From a candidate division WOR-3 bacterium (GTDB taxonomy: Bacteria; Hydrothermota; Hydrothermia; JBDRYB01), in contig JBDRYB010000001.1 of the NCBI GenBank assembly GCA_039803205.1, positions 363,413-427,412 on the forward strand: a DNA stretch of 64,000 bases, read 5' to 3'. The position numbers and the translations under genes are program-made. Shown here in pieces: positions 38,457 through 47,882 of the stretch. The notes beneath the pieces were generated by a model. The model saw only the letters and a list, made by a program, of their open reading frames with translations, did not search any database and was not told where the DNA came from. Numbering within the stretch: the stretch's first letter is position 1; every line of letters starts with the position of its first letter.

Positions 38457-39344
38457 ATGCCAGTAATTGAACGCTTTGAAACCTTAATAGAGATGGCGAA
38501 GGCCAAAAGGGAGGTTAAGGTGGTTGTTCCCTCCCCTGAGAGTGAGAACCTGATAGAAGGGCTCGCCATGGCCTCCCACCTGGCATATCCCATCCTAGTT
38601 GGGGACGAAAAGAAGATAAAACCCCTTTTGGAGAAGCACAAGCTTGAAGCAGATGTCGTGGATGTCCCTGGGCTGAATGAGGCCCTTTACAAAGCCATGG
38701 AGATAGTGCGTGAAGGCGGAGCCGATATGATCATGAAGGGAAAGGCGGATACCCCGACATTCATGCACGCTGTCCTTGATAAGGAAAGGGGCATAAGGTC
38801 AGAAAAGCTCCTATCCCATGTGACATGCTTGGAGATACCGGGTTATCACAAGCTTCTTTTCGTCACGGACGCTGGAATAATCATAAGGCCAACCCTTGAG
38901 CAGAAACTCCACATGATGGATAACCTCCTCGGTGTCCTCAGGAAGCTCGGCTACGACAGGCCAAAGATAGCCATGCTCACGAGCCTTGAGGTTCCAAACC
39001 CTGACATGCCGGAGAGCCTTGAGGCCGCTGCTATGGCGAAGTTCGCGGAGCGGGGCTACTTTGGCTCAGCCATAGTTGACGGCCCTCTTGCGCTTGATGT
39101 GGCCCTTGACAAGTGGTCGGCTGAGATCAAGGGCCTCTCAGGCGAGGTGATGGGGGACGCGGATGTGCTTTTCGTTCCTGATGTGATCACTGGTAATACC
39201 TTCTGCAAGGCCATGGTCCTGTTCGCCAACGCTAAGATGGGAGGGTTCATAACCGGAGCAAGGGTTCCCATCGTGTTCCTTTCCCGCTCGGACACCCCTG
39301 AACGCAAGCTTTATTCCCTAGCCTTTGCTGTGGCCGCAAAATAG
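38457..39344 (+). CDS. ptb: Phosphate butyryltransferase / phosphate acyltransferase
   Basis: IMKG, LLSHV, TDAG, VDGPLALD, GDADVL, GN..K, LSRSD. Confidence 0.88.
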   Translation: MPVIERFETLIEMAKAKREVKVVVPSPESENLIEGLAMASHLAYPILVGDEKKIKPLLEKHKLEADVVDVPGLNEALYKAMEIVREGGADMIMKGKADTPTFMHAVLDKERGIRSEKLLSHVTCLEIPGYHKLLFVTDAGIIIRPTLEQKLHMMDNLLGVLRKLGYDRPKIAMLTSLEVPNPDMPESLEAAAMAKFAERGYFGSAIVDGPLALDVALDKWSAEIKGLSGEVMGDADVLFVPDVITGNTFCKAMVLFANAKMGGFITGARVPIVFLSRSDTPERKLYSLAFAVAAK

Positions 39345-39512
39345 AGCCTGTTTGTGCCTTCGGTTGCAGTCATTTCAGAACGGAAAACTCTATTATTTCC
39401 ATTCTCTTCATACAAGGCCTCCCTGGGCCACTACGGCCCCAAGGGTTTGAGAGCCTTGCAGGATGAGGGTTTCAGAGGGGAGGAAAGTGTGAGATCTCAG
39501 CTCCGGAGGCGC

Positions 39513-39542
39513 TTGCAATTCAGGTAGGAAGTGGGTTATAAT
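39513..39542 (+). promoter_or_regulatory. sigma70-type promoter
   Basis: TTGCAA-N18-TATAAT upstream of SD GGAGGTG and ATG 39569. Confidence 0.7.
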
Positions 39543-39568
39543 ATCATCAATCATCATGGAGGTGTAGG

Positions 39569-40399
39569 ATGTTTCTAGTTTTGATCAGTCAGATCGTCCA
39601 AAGCGGCAGTTTCGTCCTTGATCTGGGCACAGGCAGGCTAATATCGGAACCGGTGAGCGAAGCAGAGGCTCAGGCTTTTCCACCCCCGCAGGAGATCCTG
39701 CAAAACACCGGGTTTGAGACGGGTTCACTCGCACCGTGGTATCAAGGCCCCGGGAACCACTGGGTCATCACGACCACCTTTCCCCACTCAGGCACATACT
39801 GTGCGACCGACACTGGTAATTACTGGATAAGGCAGGACTTCACCCAGCCGGTTCCTACCGAAAGCATCGTATCCATAACCATATGGAGCAGACAGGCCCC
39901 ATTAGGAGGCGGAGGAAGATTCCTGCAGGCCTTTGACCTTATGTATTCTGACCTGACCTACTACGAGAATGTCGTATATCCTGACCCAACCTGGCGGCAG
40001 TGGAACATAACCAGCTGGCTCACCATGGGCAAGCAGTTGTCAGGTCTAAGGATATGGGGTTTCTGGTGCTCTGACCCATACGATGATTCAACCTACATAG
40101 ACGACATAAGCATAATAGCCAACATGCCCCTTGAATTGGAGGGGGCCAGCCCAGGGCTTCCTATCGCTACCCTATCCGCGTGGCCCTCGGCATTCTCCCA
40201 AACCTGCCGTGTTGATGTGAATGCCCCCTATGAGGCGAGGCTTTGCCTTTATAACTCGTCTGGCGTGTTGGTTCAGGAGCTCTGGCGCGGCCGGGGAAAG
40301 GGAACCGTGTGGATAGGCTCTGAGCTTGGGCCCGGGGGCTACTTCTTGATCTTGGACTACGGGAGAGGAAGGCTCTATAAGAACATAATAAAGAGATGA
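39569..40399 (+). CDS. Secreted carbohydrate-binding-module-like protein with T9SS-like C-terminal domain
   Basis: LQNTGFETG..PW, HSGTY, YIDDISI; C-terminal LYNSSGVLV..GGYFL..NIIKR. Confidence 0.75.
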   Translation: MFLVLISQIVQSGSFVLDLGTGRLISEPVSEAEAQAFPPPQEILQNTGFETGSLAPWYQGPGNHWVITTTFPHSGTYCATDTGNYWIRQDFTQPVPTESIVSITIWSRQAPLGGGGRFLQAFDLMYSDLTYYENVVYPDPTWRQWNITSWLTMGKQLSGLRIWGFWCSDPYDDSTYIDDISIIANMPLELEGASPGLPIATLSAWPSAFSQTCRVDVNAPYEARLCLYNSSGVLVQELWRGRGKGTVWIGSELGPGGYFLILDYGRGRLYKNIIKR

Positions 40400-40407
40400 G
40401 ATAACGC

Positions 40408-40866
40408 TTACAGGTATTTGGTTATCTCAAATAGCTCTTGGTCCTGTGCCTTAAGCAGGTAATTTTCAATCTCCTTCTCAACCTCCTCGCACTCGCCGAA
40501 AGAGGATTCTATTCGCTTCCTGACATCGTCCTTGAGCCTTACGGTTATCACCCTTATGCCGCGCTCGTCCTCAAGCTCAGCCCTTGCCTCACAAGAATCC
40601 ATGTCCTCGGTGGAGATGTTCCCTTTTCCGAGGGTGCATCCGGTTGAAAGTTGAACTCCATCAACGAAACACGAGACAGGCGGCCTTGCCGCGAAACAGC
40701 GGACCCTCAGAGGCCATTGGCCTCTTGTGTTCAGCTCTTTCAGGATGAGGGCGCCCATCCTTAGCCCGACTATTAGAAAGGAACCCCTGTGGCCGTGGAA
40801 GGAGGTTGCCCTGCTGAGGCCCTCCTCGGTCATCCAAAAGTCCGGATCCGTTGTGTGCCACATCAT
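40408..40866 (-). CDS. FmdE family protein
   Basis: FHGH...GLRMG and CFVDGVQLSTGCTLGKGN. Confidence 0.88.
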   Translation of the reverse strand: MMWHTTDPDFWMTEEGLSRATSFHGHRGSFLIVGLRMGALILKELNTRGQWPLRVRCFAARPPVSCFVDGVQLSTGCTLGKGNISTEDMDSCEARAELEDERGIRVITVRLKDDVRKRIESSFGECEEVEKEIENYLLKAQDQELFEITKYL

Positions 40867-41017
40867 AGCTAAATTGTAACACTAGACCACATTGGGGTTC
40901 AACAGCGCACAATGCCCCTCTTTTCATCTTGGAAATACTATGGCCTGGGCTCGGATTTTTGTGGCCGGGCGCGACAACTTGCAAAACATCCTCTGATACC
41001 TTTATAATTAACGAGTA

Positions 41018-41431
41018 ATGTCTTATCGGCTTCTTCATCATACATCCGACCTCGGGATTGAGGTATGGGCTCTTAACAAAGATGAGCTTTTCTGCGAGGC
41101 CGCGAGGGCCTTGTTTTCGGAGGTTGTAAATGATCTCATCTCCGTGGAGCCCAGGATAACAAAAGAGATCACCCTAAAAGAGGAGGCGGCCGAGGACCTT
41201 TTGAAGGAGTGGCTTTCTACCCTTCTATATTGGATGGATACGGAGGGCCTTCTGTTCTCGGATTTTCAAGTCAAGATCAATGAAAACGGGCTTGAGGGAG
41301 TAGTAAAGGGTGAAAAGATGAGCATGAAGAGGCACAAACTCAAACGAGTAGTTAAGGGAGTGACATACCACAACCTGAGCCTAAGGGAAGAGCCTTGGGG
41401 ATGGGTGGCGACCATAGTCTTGGACATATAG
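41018..41431 (+). CDS. Archease
   Basis: HTSD, VKGVTYH, C-terminal LDI. Confidence 0.92.
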   Translation: MSYRLLHHTSDLGIEVWALNKDELFCEAARALFSEVVNDLISVEPRITKEITLKEEAAEDLLKEWLSTLLYWMDTEGLLFSDFQVKINENGLEGVVKGEKMSMKRHKLKRVVKGVTYHNLSLREEPWGWVATIVLDI

Positions 41432-41444
41432 GAAAAAGAGAGAA

Positions 41445-43577
41445 ATGGGAACGCAGAGGCTTATCTCTGAGGAAGACATTCTTTCTCAGCTAAACCCTCA
41501 GCAAAGGGAGGCTGTTCTGGCAACTGAGGGGCCGGTATTGGTGATAGCGGGTGCTGGCTCAGGGAAAACCAGGGTATTGACCTATAGGATAGCTTATCTG
41601 GTTGGGGTAAAGGGGGTCCCTCCAGAAAACATCCTCGCGGTGACCTTCACGAACAAGGCCGCAGACGAGATGAAGGAAAGGGTGAAGAACCTGCTCAGGG
41701 GGGTTGCTGAGCTGTCCGGCCTTTGGGTAGGGACATTCCACTCAATGTGCGTCAGGATGATGAGGCCATTCGCGGAAAGAATAGGTTACAAGCCAAACTT
41801 CACCATATATGACAAAGAGGATCAGATCGCCTTGCTAAAGGAGATACTCTCCGATTACAGCGATCAGAATCCCAGAACCGCCTCATCGGTTATCTCAAAG
41901 ATGAAGAACCTTGAGGGCTATGAACCGGAGGACGACAGGTTTTACTACATATACCAGGCATACCAGAATGCGCTTCTGGAGCAGAACGCCATGGATTTTG
42001 ATGACCTCATCCTAAACGCAATAAAGCTCCTCAGAGAGAATCCGGATGTCCGACTGAAGTACGCCGAGCGCTTCAGATACATCCATGTGGACGAGTATCA
42101 GGACACCAACAGGCCCCAGTATCACCTCTTGGTTCTTCTCTCGTCGGTTCACAGGAACCTATTTGTTGTTGGAGACGAGGACCAGTGTATCTACTCCTTC
42201 CGGGGTGCAAACATAAACAACATCCTGGGCTACGAGGAGGATTTTCCCGATTGCAGGGTTTTCAAGCTGGAAAGGAACTATCGCTCAACAAAGAAGATCC
42301 TCGCGGCCGCGAACGCCGTGATAGTCAATAACACCCAGCGCAGAGGAAAAACCCTCTGGACAGAAAACCCTCCCGGCGCCAATGTTCTAGTCATCCCCGC
42401 CGAGGACGAAAGGGACGAGGCACTGCGTGTTGCCGAGAAGATAAGAGAATTCCTTGAGGAGGGGTTCACGCTTTCGGATATAGCGGTCCTTTACAGGACC
42501 AACGCGCAGAGCAGGGCTTTTGAGGAGGTCCTGAGCCTCCAGGGTCTCAGGTATGAGATGCGTGGGGCTCTGAAGTTCTACGAGCGGAAAGAGGTGAAGG
42601 ACATTCTGGCTTACATGAGGCTTATTGTGAACCCGAGGGATGATGTTTCCCTGAGAAGAATAATAAATGTGCCTCAGAGAGGGATAGGCAAGAGGACCAT
42701 GGATAGGATCGCCAAGCTCGTTGAGGAGCTGCGCCCAGAGCACCCTGATATATGCACGAGGGAGGTGATATCCAGGCCAAGGCTTCTTGAGACCCTTGAC
42801 ATAAAGCCATACATCCTCGTTTCCTTGTCAAATTTCAACAGCTTGATGACAGAGTTGGAAGCGCTCGGTCCGGACGCGGGTGCTGATGTGGTTATAAAAA
42901 GTATAGTTGAGAAAACCGGATACCGAGAGCACCTTTTCACCAATTACCCCACGGATGAAGCAGAGGAACGGTGGGAAAATGTCCTGGAACTAATGGGAAC
43001 CGTTGAGGATTATGTGAAGTCCGCGGATGACATTTCTCTTAAGGGATTTCTTTCCACGGTATCGGTGAGAACAGAGCTGGACGAAACAGGGAGTCAAGCC
43101 AATGCCGTGACCCTGATGACCTCCCATGCGGCCAAAGGGACAGAGTTCCCTATTGTTTTCGTGACAGGGCTTGAAGACGGCATATTTCCTCATCACTCCT
43201 CTAAGGAGGATGGCTCATACGAGGAGGAGAGAAGGCTCTTCTATGTGTCCATGACCAGAGCTATGAAACACCTCGTTATTACATACGCTCGGCGCAGATA
43301 CATCCGAAGGGGGATGAACCTACAGCCATCCCCGTTTCTCAGGGAGCTTCCAGAAGAGGTTACCGAGTGGGCAAACAAGAACGCTGAGATGGCCGTAAGG
43401 ATGGTGAAGGAGGAGGACTTCTATCCTGGCCAGAGGGTCAGGCATCCCAAGTTTGGGAGGGGCATTGTCCTTGAATCTTATGACGGCAAGATCTTGGTGG
43501 ATTTCGGTGGCGCGGGCATAAGGACAATAGTTAAGGATTTCCTGAGATTGGAGGGATTAAACCCCCAGAGCGAATAA
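41445..43577 (+). CDS. pcrA: ATP-dependent DNA helicase PcrA/UvrD
   Basis: AGAGSGKT, VDEYQDTN, GDEDQ.IY.FRGA, NYRS, LYRTNAQSR, EERRLFYV, C-terminal HPKFG Tudor-like domain. Confidence 0.95.
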   Translation: MGTQRLISEEDILSQLNPQQREAVLATEGPVLVIAGAGSGKTRVLTYRIAYLVGVKGVPPENILAVTFTNKAADEMKERVKNLLRGVAELSGLWVGTFHSMCVRMMRPFAERIGYKPNFTIYDKEDQIALLKEILSDYSDQNPRTASSVISKMKNLEGYEPEDDRFYYIYQAYQNALLEQNAMDFDDLILNAIKLLRENPDVRLKYAERFRYIHVDEYQDTNRPQYHLLVLLSSVHRNLFVVGDEDQCIYSFRGANINNILGYEEDFPDCRVFKLERNYRSTKKILAAANAVIVNNTQRRGKTLWTENPPGANVLVIPAEDERDEALRVAEKIREFLEEGFTLSDIAVLYRTNAQSRAFEEVLSLQGLRYEMRGALKFYERKEVKDILAYMRLIVNPRDDVSLRRIINVPQRGIGKRTMDRIAKLVEELRPEHPDICTREVISRPRLLETLDIKPYILVSLSNFNSLMTELEALGPDAGADVVIKSIVEKTGYREHLFTNYPTDEAEERWENVLELMGTVEDYVKSADDISLKGFLSTVSVRTELDETGSQANAVTLMTSHAAKGTEFPIVFVTGLEDGIFPHHSSKEDGSYEEERRLFYVSMTRAMKHLVITYARRRYIRRGMNLQPSPFLRELPEEVTEWANKNAEMAVRMVKEEDFYPGQRVRHPKFGRGIVLESYDGKILVDFGGAGIRTIVKDFLRLEGLNPQSE

Positions 43578-43603
43578 AAACCCGGGGACACAATTACCCC
43601 AGG
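43576..43603 (-). terminator. Intrinsic terminator of the small basic-protein transcript
   Basis: Minus strand CCTGGGG...CCCCGGG followed by TTTTT. Confidence 0.65.
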
Positions 43604-43692
43604 CTCAGTTCATGTGGAGAAGCCAATAGTCAGACAATATTCCAACTATACGAGACTATTGGGCTCCGCCAACCGTTCCTCTACGAGTCTCG

Positions 43693-43791
43693 CTACTTCT
43701 TCTTCGCGGCCTTCTTCTTGCCTTTGGCCACGGTCTTCTTCTTGGCCGTGGTCTTGCAAGTGCTCTTGGCCTTTGCCTTTTTCGCTGGCAT
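43693..43791 (-). CDS. 32-aa Lys/Ala-rich histone-H1-like basic protein (absent from the ORF track)
   Basis: MPAKKAKAKSTCKTTAKKKTVAKGKKKAAKKK*; SD AAGGAGG 7 nt upstream; promoter TTGGTT-N18-TATAAT; own terminator. Confidence 0.8.
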   Translation of the reverse strand: MPAKKAKAKSTCKTTAKKKTVAKGKKKAAKKK

Positions 43792-43896
43792 CTCCATTCC
43801 TCCTTTGGAGGGTTGCATATTATACAGCTTGTCAAGAGGTTAAACCAATTGACGCTATCCGCGGAAAAATAACTTTGAGAAGAGCCCAGAAGGGCT

Positions 43897-44355
43897 TTAG
43901 GTGGGGTCCGAGAATTTCCTCAGAAATCCTCTTAGATCCTCTTCATCCTCGGAGAATGGCATCTCAAGCCCAGGATAAGGTGGCATGAAGCCGAATATTG
44001 GGATGCCCTTCCTCAGGGCCCAGGATACCTCTGTTAGGGTTCCTGTGCTCATTCCAACCGCTACTACAGCGCGGGATATGTTGACCAAAAGGAAGTTGCG
44101 CATCCCTCCTAGGCCGGTCCCTAGGACTATGTCAACAAAGCGATTTGCCTTTTTGGGGTCCCTTCCTGGGAGAACGCCGATAACCGTTCCGCCCGCCTTT
44201 TTTGCGCCCCGGGAAGCGTGGGCCATAGCGCCCCCAAGGCCACCTGTTGCGAGAATAAAACCTGCTTCTGCTATTGCCCGCCCAGCAATATACGCCCTTT
44301 TCTTTGTCTTCTCGTCTGGCTTTGATGGTCCAACAACCGCTATTATCCCCTTCAT
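43897..44355 (-). CDS. TIGR00725 / LOG-like Rossmann-fold protein
   Basis: TGGLGGAM, GVLPG, TGLG..RN, GTLTE. Confidence 0.85.
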   Translation of the reverse strand: MKGIIAVVGPSKPDEKTKKRAYIAGRAIAEAGFILATGGLGGAMAHASRGAKKAGGTVIGVLPGRDPKKANRFVDIVLGTGLGGMRNFLLVNISRAVVAVGMSTGTLTEVSWALRKGIPIFGFMPPYPGLEMPFSEDEEDLRGFLRKFSDPT

Positions 44356-44963
44356 CTTTCTTCAATCACAATTAACCTGAATCTCGTGTCAGGCCCCTCA
44401 AATCCGGGTTCAAAATGGCCGAGGATGAGCGCGACCCTGCCTTGGTATGAATAGGCCTCCTCAAGCCACCAAGAAAACCCATTACCCGCAAGCACCAAAG
44501 AGAAGATCCGCTTATCCTGCCAGAAGCCCTTTATGTTGCCCTGGGGCCAGATATACGGATCGAGGGTTTGATCTTGGATTATCTCCTCAAGGCAGAGCTC
44601 TCCAGAACCAACCCGGTATCTTTTCGTGATCCTCGTGTATGAAGGCTCGTCTCTCGCGAGGCTGTCCGTGAGCCTTGGCTCCAACTTCTTTCCGGTTTTA
44701 TCTCCTGGAACCCCTTGGGTTTTCGCTGACTCCTTTGCAATTTGAGCCAACCACTCATCCTTGGATTCTTCCTCATAGCAGAGGTCCTCGTAAAAGAACC
44801 TATCAGTTCCGTTGGGCCCTATTACCTCAAGGTATACAAATGGGAAACCGCTCCCATCGTGAACGCCATACTGCAAGAGCGCGGCCTTAGTCCCATCCTC
44901 TGACCAACCCAGGAAAACCGGACAGGAAGCGTCCGCGCTCAGGATAAAGAGAAAAGCGCTCAT
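44352..44963 (-). CDS. Exported protein, DUF2259-like
   Basis: LGWSEDG...QYGVHDGSGFPF and GFEGPD motifs. Confidence 0.65.
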   Translation of the reverse strand: MSAFLFILSADASCPVFLGWSEDGTKAALLQYGVHDGSGFPFVYLEVIGPNGTDRFFYEDLCYEEESKDEWLAQIAKESAKTQGVPGDKTGKKLEPRLTDSLARDEPSYTRITKRYRVGSGELCLEEIIQDQTLDPYIWPQGNIKGFWQDKRIFSLVLAGNGFSWWLEEAYSYQGRVALILGHFEPGFEGPDTRFRLIVIEER

Positions 44964-45598
44964 TTGCTCTTGGTTTTTGCAACCGCATCCGGCTCCCTCA
45001 TATAGTCCGGAATGAAATCCAGCGCGGGTAGGATATTCCCCTTTGATAGCTCATCAGCCCCCATCTCGGCTATTGTTAGCGCCGAAGGTCTCTCTATCGG
45101 AATCAGGGGTCTCATCCCGTATCTGATAGCCCCATCCCCAGCAAAGCCGGTCGCACGATGCTCCAGAGCGAGTCTAACAAGCTCATCCGGCTCAAATATG
45201 CCGGGAGCCACGAGCTCGTGAATATCCCTCCTGACCCGGTAAATAGCGCCATAGACCTGGCCCTTTTTGGCGTCAAGCGCGCAGGCGATAACCCCCCGAC
45301 CGGATTCTCTCGCAAGCGCTCTCAGGGTTGAGATCCCGACTATCGGAAGCCCTATGGTAACCGAGAGGGCTTTTGCCATTGCCGCACCAGCCCTGAGAGA
45401 GGTGAAGAATCCGGGGCCCAGAGAGAGGGCTATCCCATCAAGCTCTCTGAGCGGCGCTATTTCCTCTACGAGGCTAAGAAGGTTGTTCAGCGATTCCGCG
45501 TGCGAAAACGGGGATAAACACCCTACTTCAAGCTGGAGATCTCTTCCGAACAAGGCAAGGAAGGACGATGGGCCTGATGTCTCAATACCGAGGATCAC
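44960..45598 (-). CDS. tsaB: tRNA threonylcarbamoyladenosine biosynthesis protein TsaB
   Basis: LGIETS, HAE.L, GPGFFTSLR, LDAKK.QVY, P.YMR. Confidence 0.9.
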   Translation of the reverse strand: MILGIETSGPSSFLALFGRDLQLEVGCLSPFSHAESLNNLLSLVEEIAPLRELDGIALSLGPGFFTSLRAGAAMAKALSVTIGLPIVGISTLRALARESGRGVIACALDAKKGQVYGAIYRVRRDIHELVAPGIFEPDELVRLALEHRATGFAGDGAIRYGMRPLIPIERPSALTIAEMGADELSKGNILPALDFIPDYMREPDAVAKTKSK

Positions 45599-45682
45599 GA
45601 GCAAATTATCGTGTATGAGGGCCCGGCCGCGCCAGTTGTTTCATTATGAAATTGATGCCCTTCCCTGCATTATAATTTTCCC

Positions 45683-46117
45683 ATGGCAAAGATAGCCGTA
45701 ATCATAGGTTCTGAGAGCGACAGGGATAGGATGAAGCCCGGGATTGACCTCCTGGAAAACCTGGGGATTGAATACGAACTCGTGGTTCTTTCCGCGCACA
45801 GGAATCCAGTTGAACTTGGAGAACACGCATCCAGGCTTTCTGAGAGGGGATTTGAGGTGGTGATAGCGGGCGCTGGTTTATCAGCCGCTCTTCCCGGCGC
45901 GATAGCGGCCCGGACAGAGCTTCCGGTCATAGGCGTTCCTTTTGATGCTGGAACCCTCGGTGGCCTTGATGCCCTTCTCTCCATGACCCAGATGCCCCGA
46001 GGGGTTCCGGTCGCGACGGTCGGGATAAACAACCCAATAAACGCTGTGATCCTCGCTCTGCGCATCCTCGCGCTGAGACACCATTGGGCCAAAGAAGCCC
46101 TGGGCAAGATAGCCTAA
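45683..46117 (+). CDS. purE: N5-carboxyaminoimidazole ribonucleotide mutase
   Basis: GSESD, SAHR.P, AGAGLSAALPG, QMPRGVPVATV. Confidence 0.95.
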   Translation: MAKIAVIIGSESDRDRMKPGIDLLENLGIEYELVVLSAHRNPVELGEHASRLSERGFEVVIAGAGLSAALPGAIAARTELPVIGVPFDAGTLGGLDALLSMTQMPRGVPVATVGINNPINAVILALRILALRHHWAKEALGKIA

Positions 46118-47700
46118 TGCTTTCGGTTCTGTTGGCATCATTTTTTGTTGATCATACATTCTACCACGCTTATGGTGCAACGGAGTCCATATGGGAGTGG
46201 GGGAAGCTCAGCGGGCCGGGGAACATCTATATCCTGGCCGCTTTCAAGGATGAACGGGATTACCTTATTGGCCGCAGAAACCTCTACGGCGAGGGATTGA
46301 TAAGGCAATCATTTAGGTTTATGGGAGACACTGGAGCCCTCTTTCTCTCCGGAAGCCAGAAAAAACAGGGCGCTGAGAGCTTTCTCGCCACAGAGGGCTC
46401 AGGGGGGTTGGGGCTATTACTCGGGACCAAGCCAACCGCGTGGATGAGGTTCAGCTCCCTGGCCCTTTTGGAGTCAAGAGGGTATTCCCTTGCCGGGAGT
46501 TACCAGGACAACTCAGGCATCCGCGAGGAGCTGGGGATTGAGATTGGCCACCGCTTTATCTCGGGCGAGATGGGCCTCAAAACTGAGCTAAGACCCCTGA
46601 ACGGGGAGCAGAGCCTCAGGGCCAGGCCTGTTGTCCCGCTTCCCATAGGAACCCTGAGCGCGGATGTATACTCAGGGAGGCTCCGCTATCTCACGGTTTC
46701 CGGGGAGGAATCGAAGGGTTTCTACGAGCTCACGCTCTCAGGCGTGTTTCCAGAGGCCGGCCTAATCAGGTTTTCGCCCAGATTTTACGCGAGCCAGGGG
46801 ATCTATTCATTGAACCGTTTGAACTCTGGGGGTTCTGTGGGGGGTGAGCTGGGGTTTGTGGCAAGGGCTAGCGTTGCGGGCGCCCAGTGGGAATGGGAAC
46901 TCCTCAGGGGCAGAGGTGGTAGGGATCTTTATGAGTATCAGGGCGACGAGCAGGAGGCCTGGGCAAGGGCAAACTTTTCTGTGAGAAGGGAATTTTCCCG
47001 CGGCCGCAGCGTTTATGTGAGGTCTTGGATATCCAAAAAAGCCTATGACTACCCTCAGGGTTTCCTGCCGGATGACAGGGACGACAGGGCTCTTTTCTCC
47101 GTGATTGGGCTCCGGATGAGCCTCAGGCCCAACCTCCTCGCTGAGATGGGTTTCACTGCCAGGAGTCAGGACATGGTCTTTCTAAAACCCGAGCGTAGCC
47201 ATGAGACAAGGCATCAGGAGAAGTATTCCATGTTCGGGAGGTGCGCTTGGGGAGGGCCTATCAGTCTGGACTTCAGGGCAGAGGTATCGGCTGTTTACAA
47301 CACCTACAGGTTCAACCCGCAAGCAAATCTCCTAATCAGGTTCTACGAGAACGCTCTCTATTTCAAGACGCGCAGATTTCAGTCCTCCACCAGGTTCCGA
47401 TTGCAGGACCAGGGCGGATACGCGGCTGGAATTTATTACCCCTCAGCCTTTTCACGCGAGATATGGTTACAGCCCCTTCTCAGGGTTTTCAATATTGGCG
47501 AGACAGGGATGTATGTGGCAGGAAGGTATTATATTAGGGACGAGGACGATGGGGAAGGATGGGCTAGAGCGCTTGAAGAGGAGGGGATCGGGGTTTCGGC
47601 CAAAAGGGGGTCTGATTTTGAGGCCAGGGTTCTCCTCGTTAAGAGGACTGGGGAAGAGCCGTTCTGGGACATCGGACTATATTACAATCCTGCCCAATGA
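46117..47700 (+). CDS. Hypothetical outer-membrane beta-barrel-like protein
   Basis: TAATG coupling to purE; short hydrophobic N-terminus; aromatic/Gly beta pattern. Confidence 0.65.
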   Translation: MLSVLLASFFVDHTFYHAYGATESIWEWGKLSGPGNIYILAAFKDERDYLIGRRNLYGEGLIRQSFRFMGDTGALFLSGSQKKQGAESFLATEGSGGLGLLLGTKPTAWMRFSSLALLESRGYSLAGSYQDNSGIREELGIEIGHRFISGEMGLKTELRPLNGEQSLRARPVVPLPIGTLSADVYSGRLRYLTVSGEESKGFYELTLSGVFPEAGLIRFSPRFYASQGIYSLNRLNSGGSVGGELGFVARASVAGAQWEWELLRGRGGRDLYEYQGDEQEAWARANFSVRREFSRGRSVYVRSWISKKAYDYPQGFLPDDRDDRALFSVIGLRMSLRPNLLAEMGFTARSQDMVFLKPERSHETRHQEKYSMFGRCAWGGPISLDFRAEVSAVYNTYRFNPQANLLIRFYENALYFKTRRFQSSTRFRLQDQGGYAAGIYYPSAFSREIWLQPLLRVFNIGETGMYVAGRYYIRDEDDGEGWARALEEEGIGVSAKRGSDFEARVLLVKRTGEEPFWDIGLYYNPAQ

Positions 47701-47764
47701 CGCGCGCGAAGGGTTCTATCGCTAGGGGCGTGGCAGGAACAGAAGGACTCTTCAGGGTAATATC

Positions 47765-47838
47765 TGACTGACTGGTCAGTCAATACTTGACACGGGACGA
47801 GCGCTGGCCGGATAATTTATGACTGACCGGTCAGTCAT
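47765..47838 (+). promoter_or_regulatory. Promoter flanked by two palindromic TetR-type operators
   Basis: TGACTGAC-TG-GTCAGTCA (47765-47782); TTGACA (47787)-N18-GATAAT (47811); perfect palindrome ATGACTGACCGGTCAGTCAT (47819-47838). Confidence 0.85.
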
Positions 47839-47882
47839 GATAGGCTGAACCCTACCAAAGGGGAACAGCACGGAGAGAAGAT

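Noticed and set aside
39345..39512. Intergenic stretches (also 15705-15806 and 63310-63479) as ncRNAs or gene remnants
   Set aside because: Short open frames exist, but I could not recognise a motif, a stable structure or expression signals.
43819..43835. Perfect TTGACA and TATAAT on the minus strand as one promoter
   Set aside because: They are only 5 nt apart; TTGGTT at 18 nt fits the local pattern.
43614..43988. 124-aa Ser-rich ORF on the + strand
   Set aside because: It is the antisense shadow of the Lys-rich minus-strand gene, which has the SD, promoter and terminator.
47819..47848. uORF MTDRSVMIG inside the TetR operator
   Set aside because: The ATG is only 2 nt after the -10 box, so it is probably upstream of the TSS; a by-product of the palindrome.
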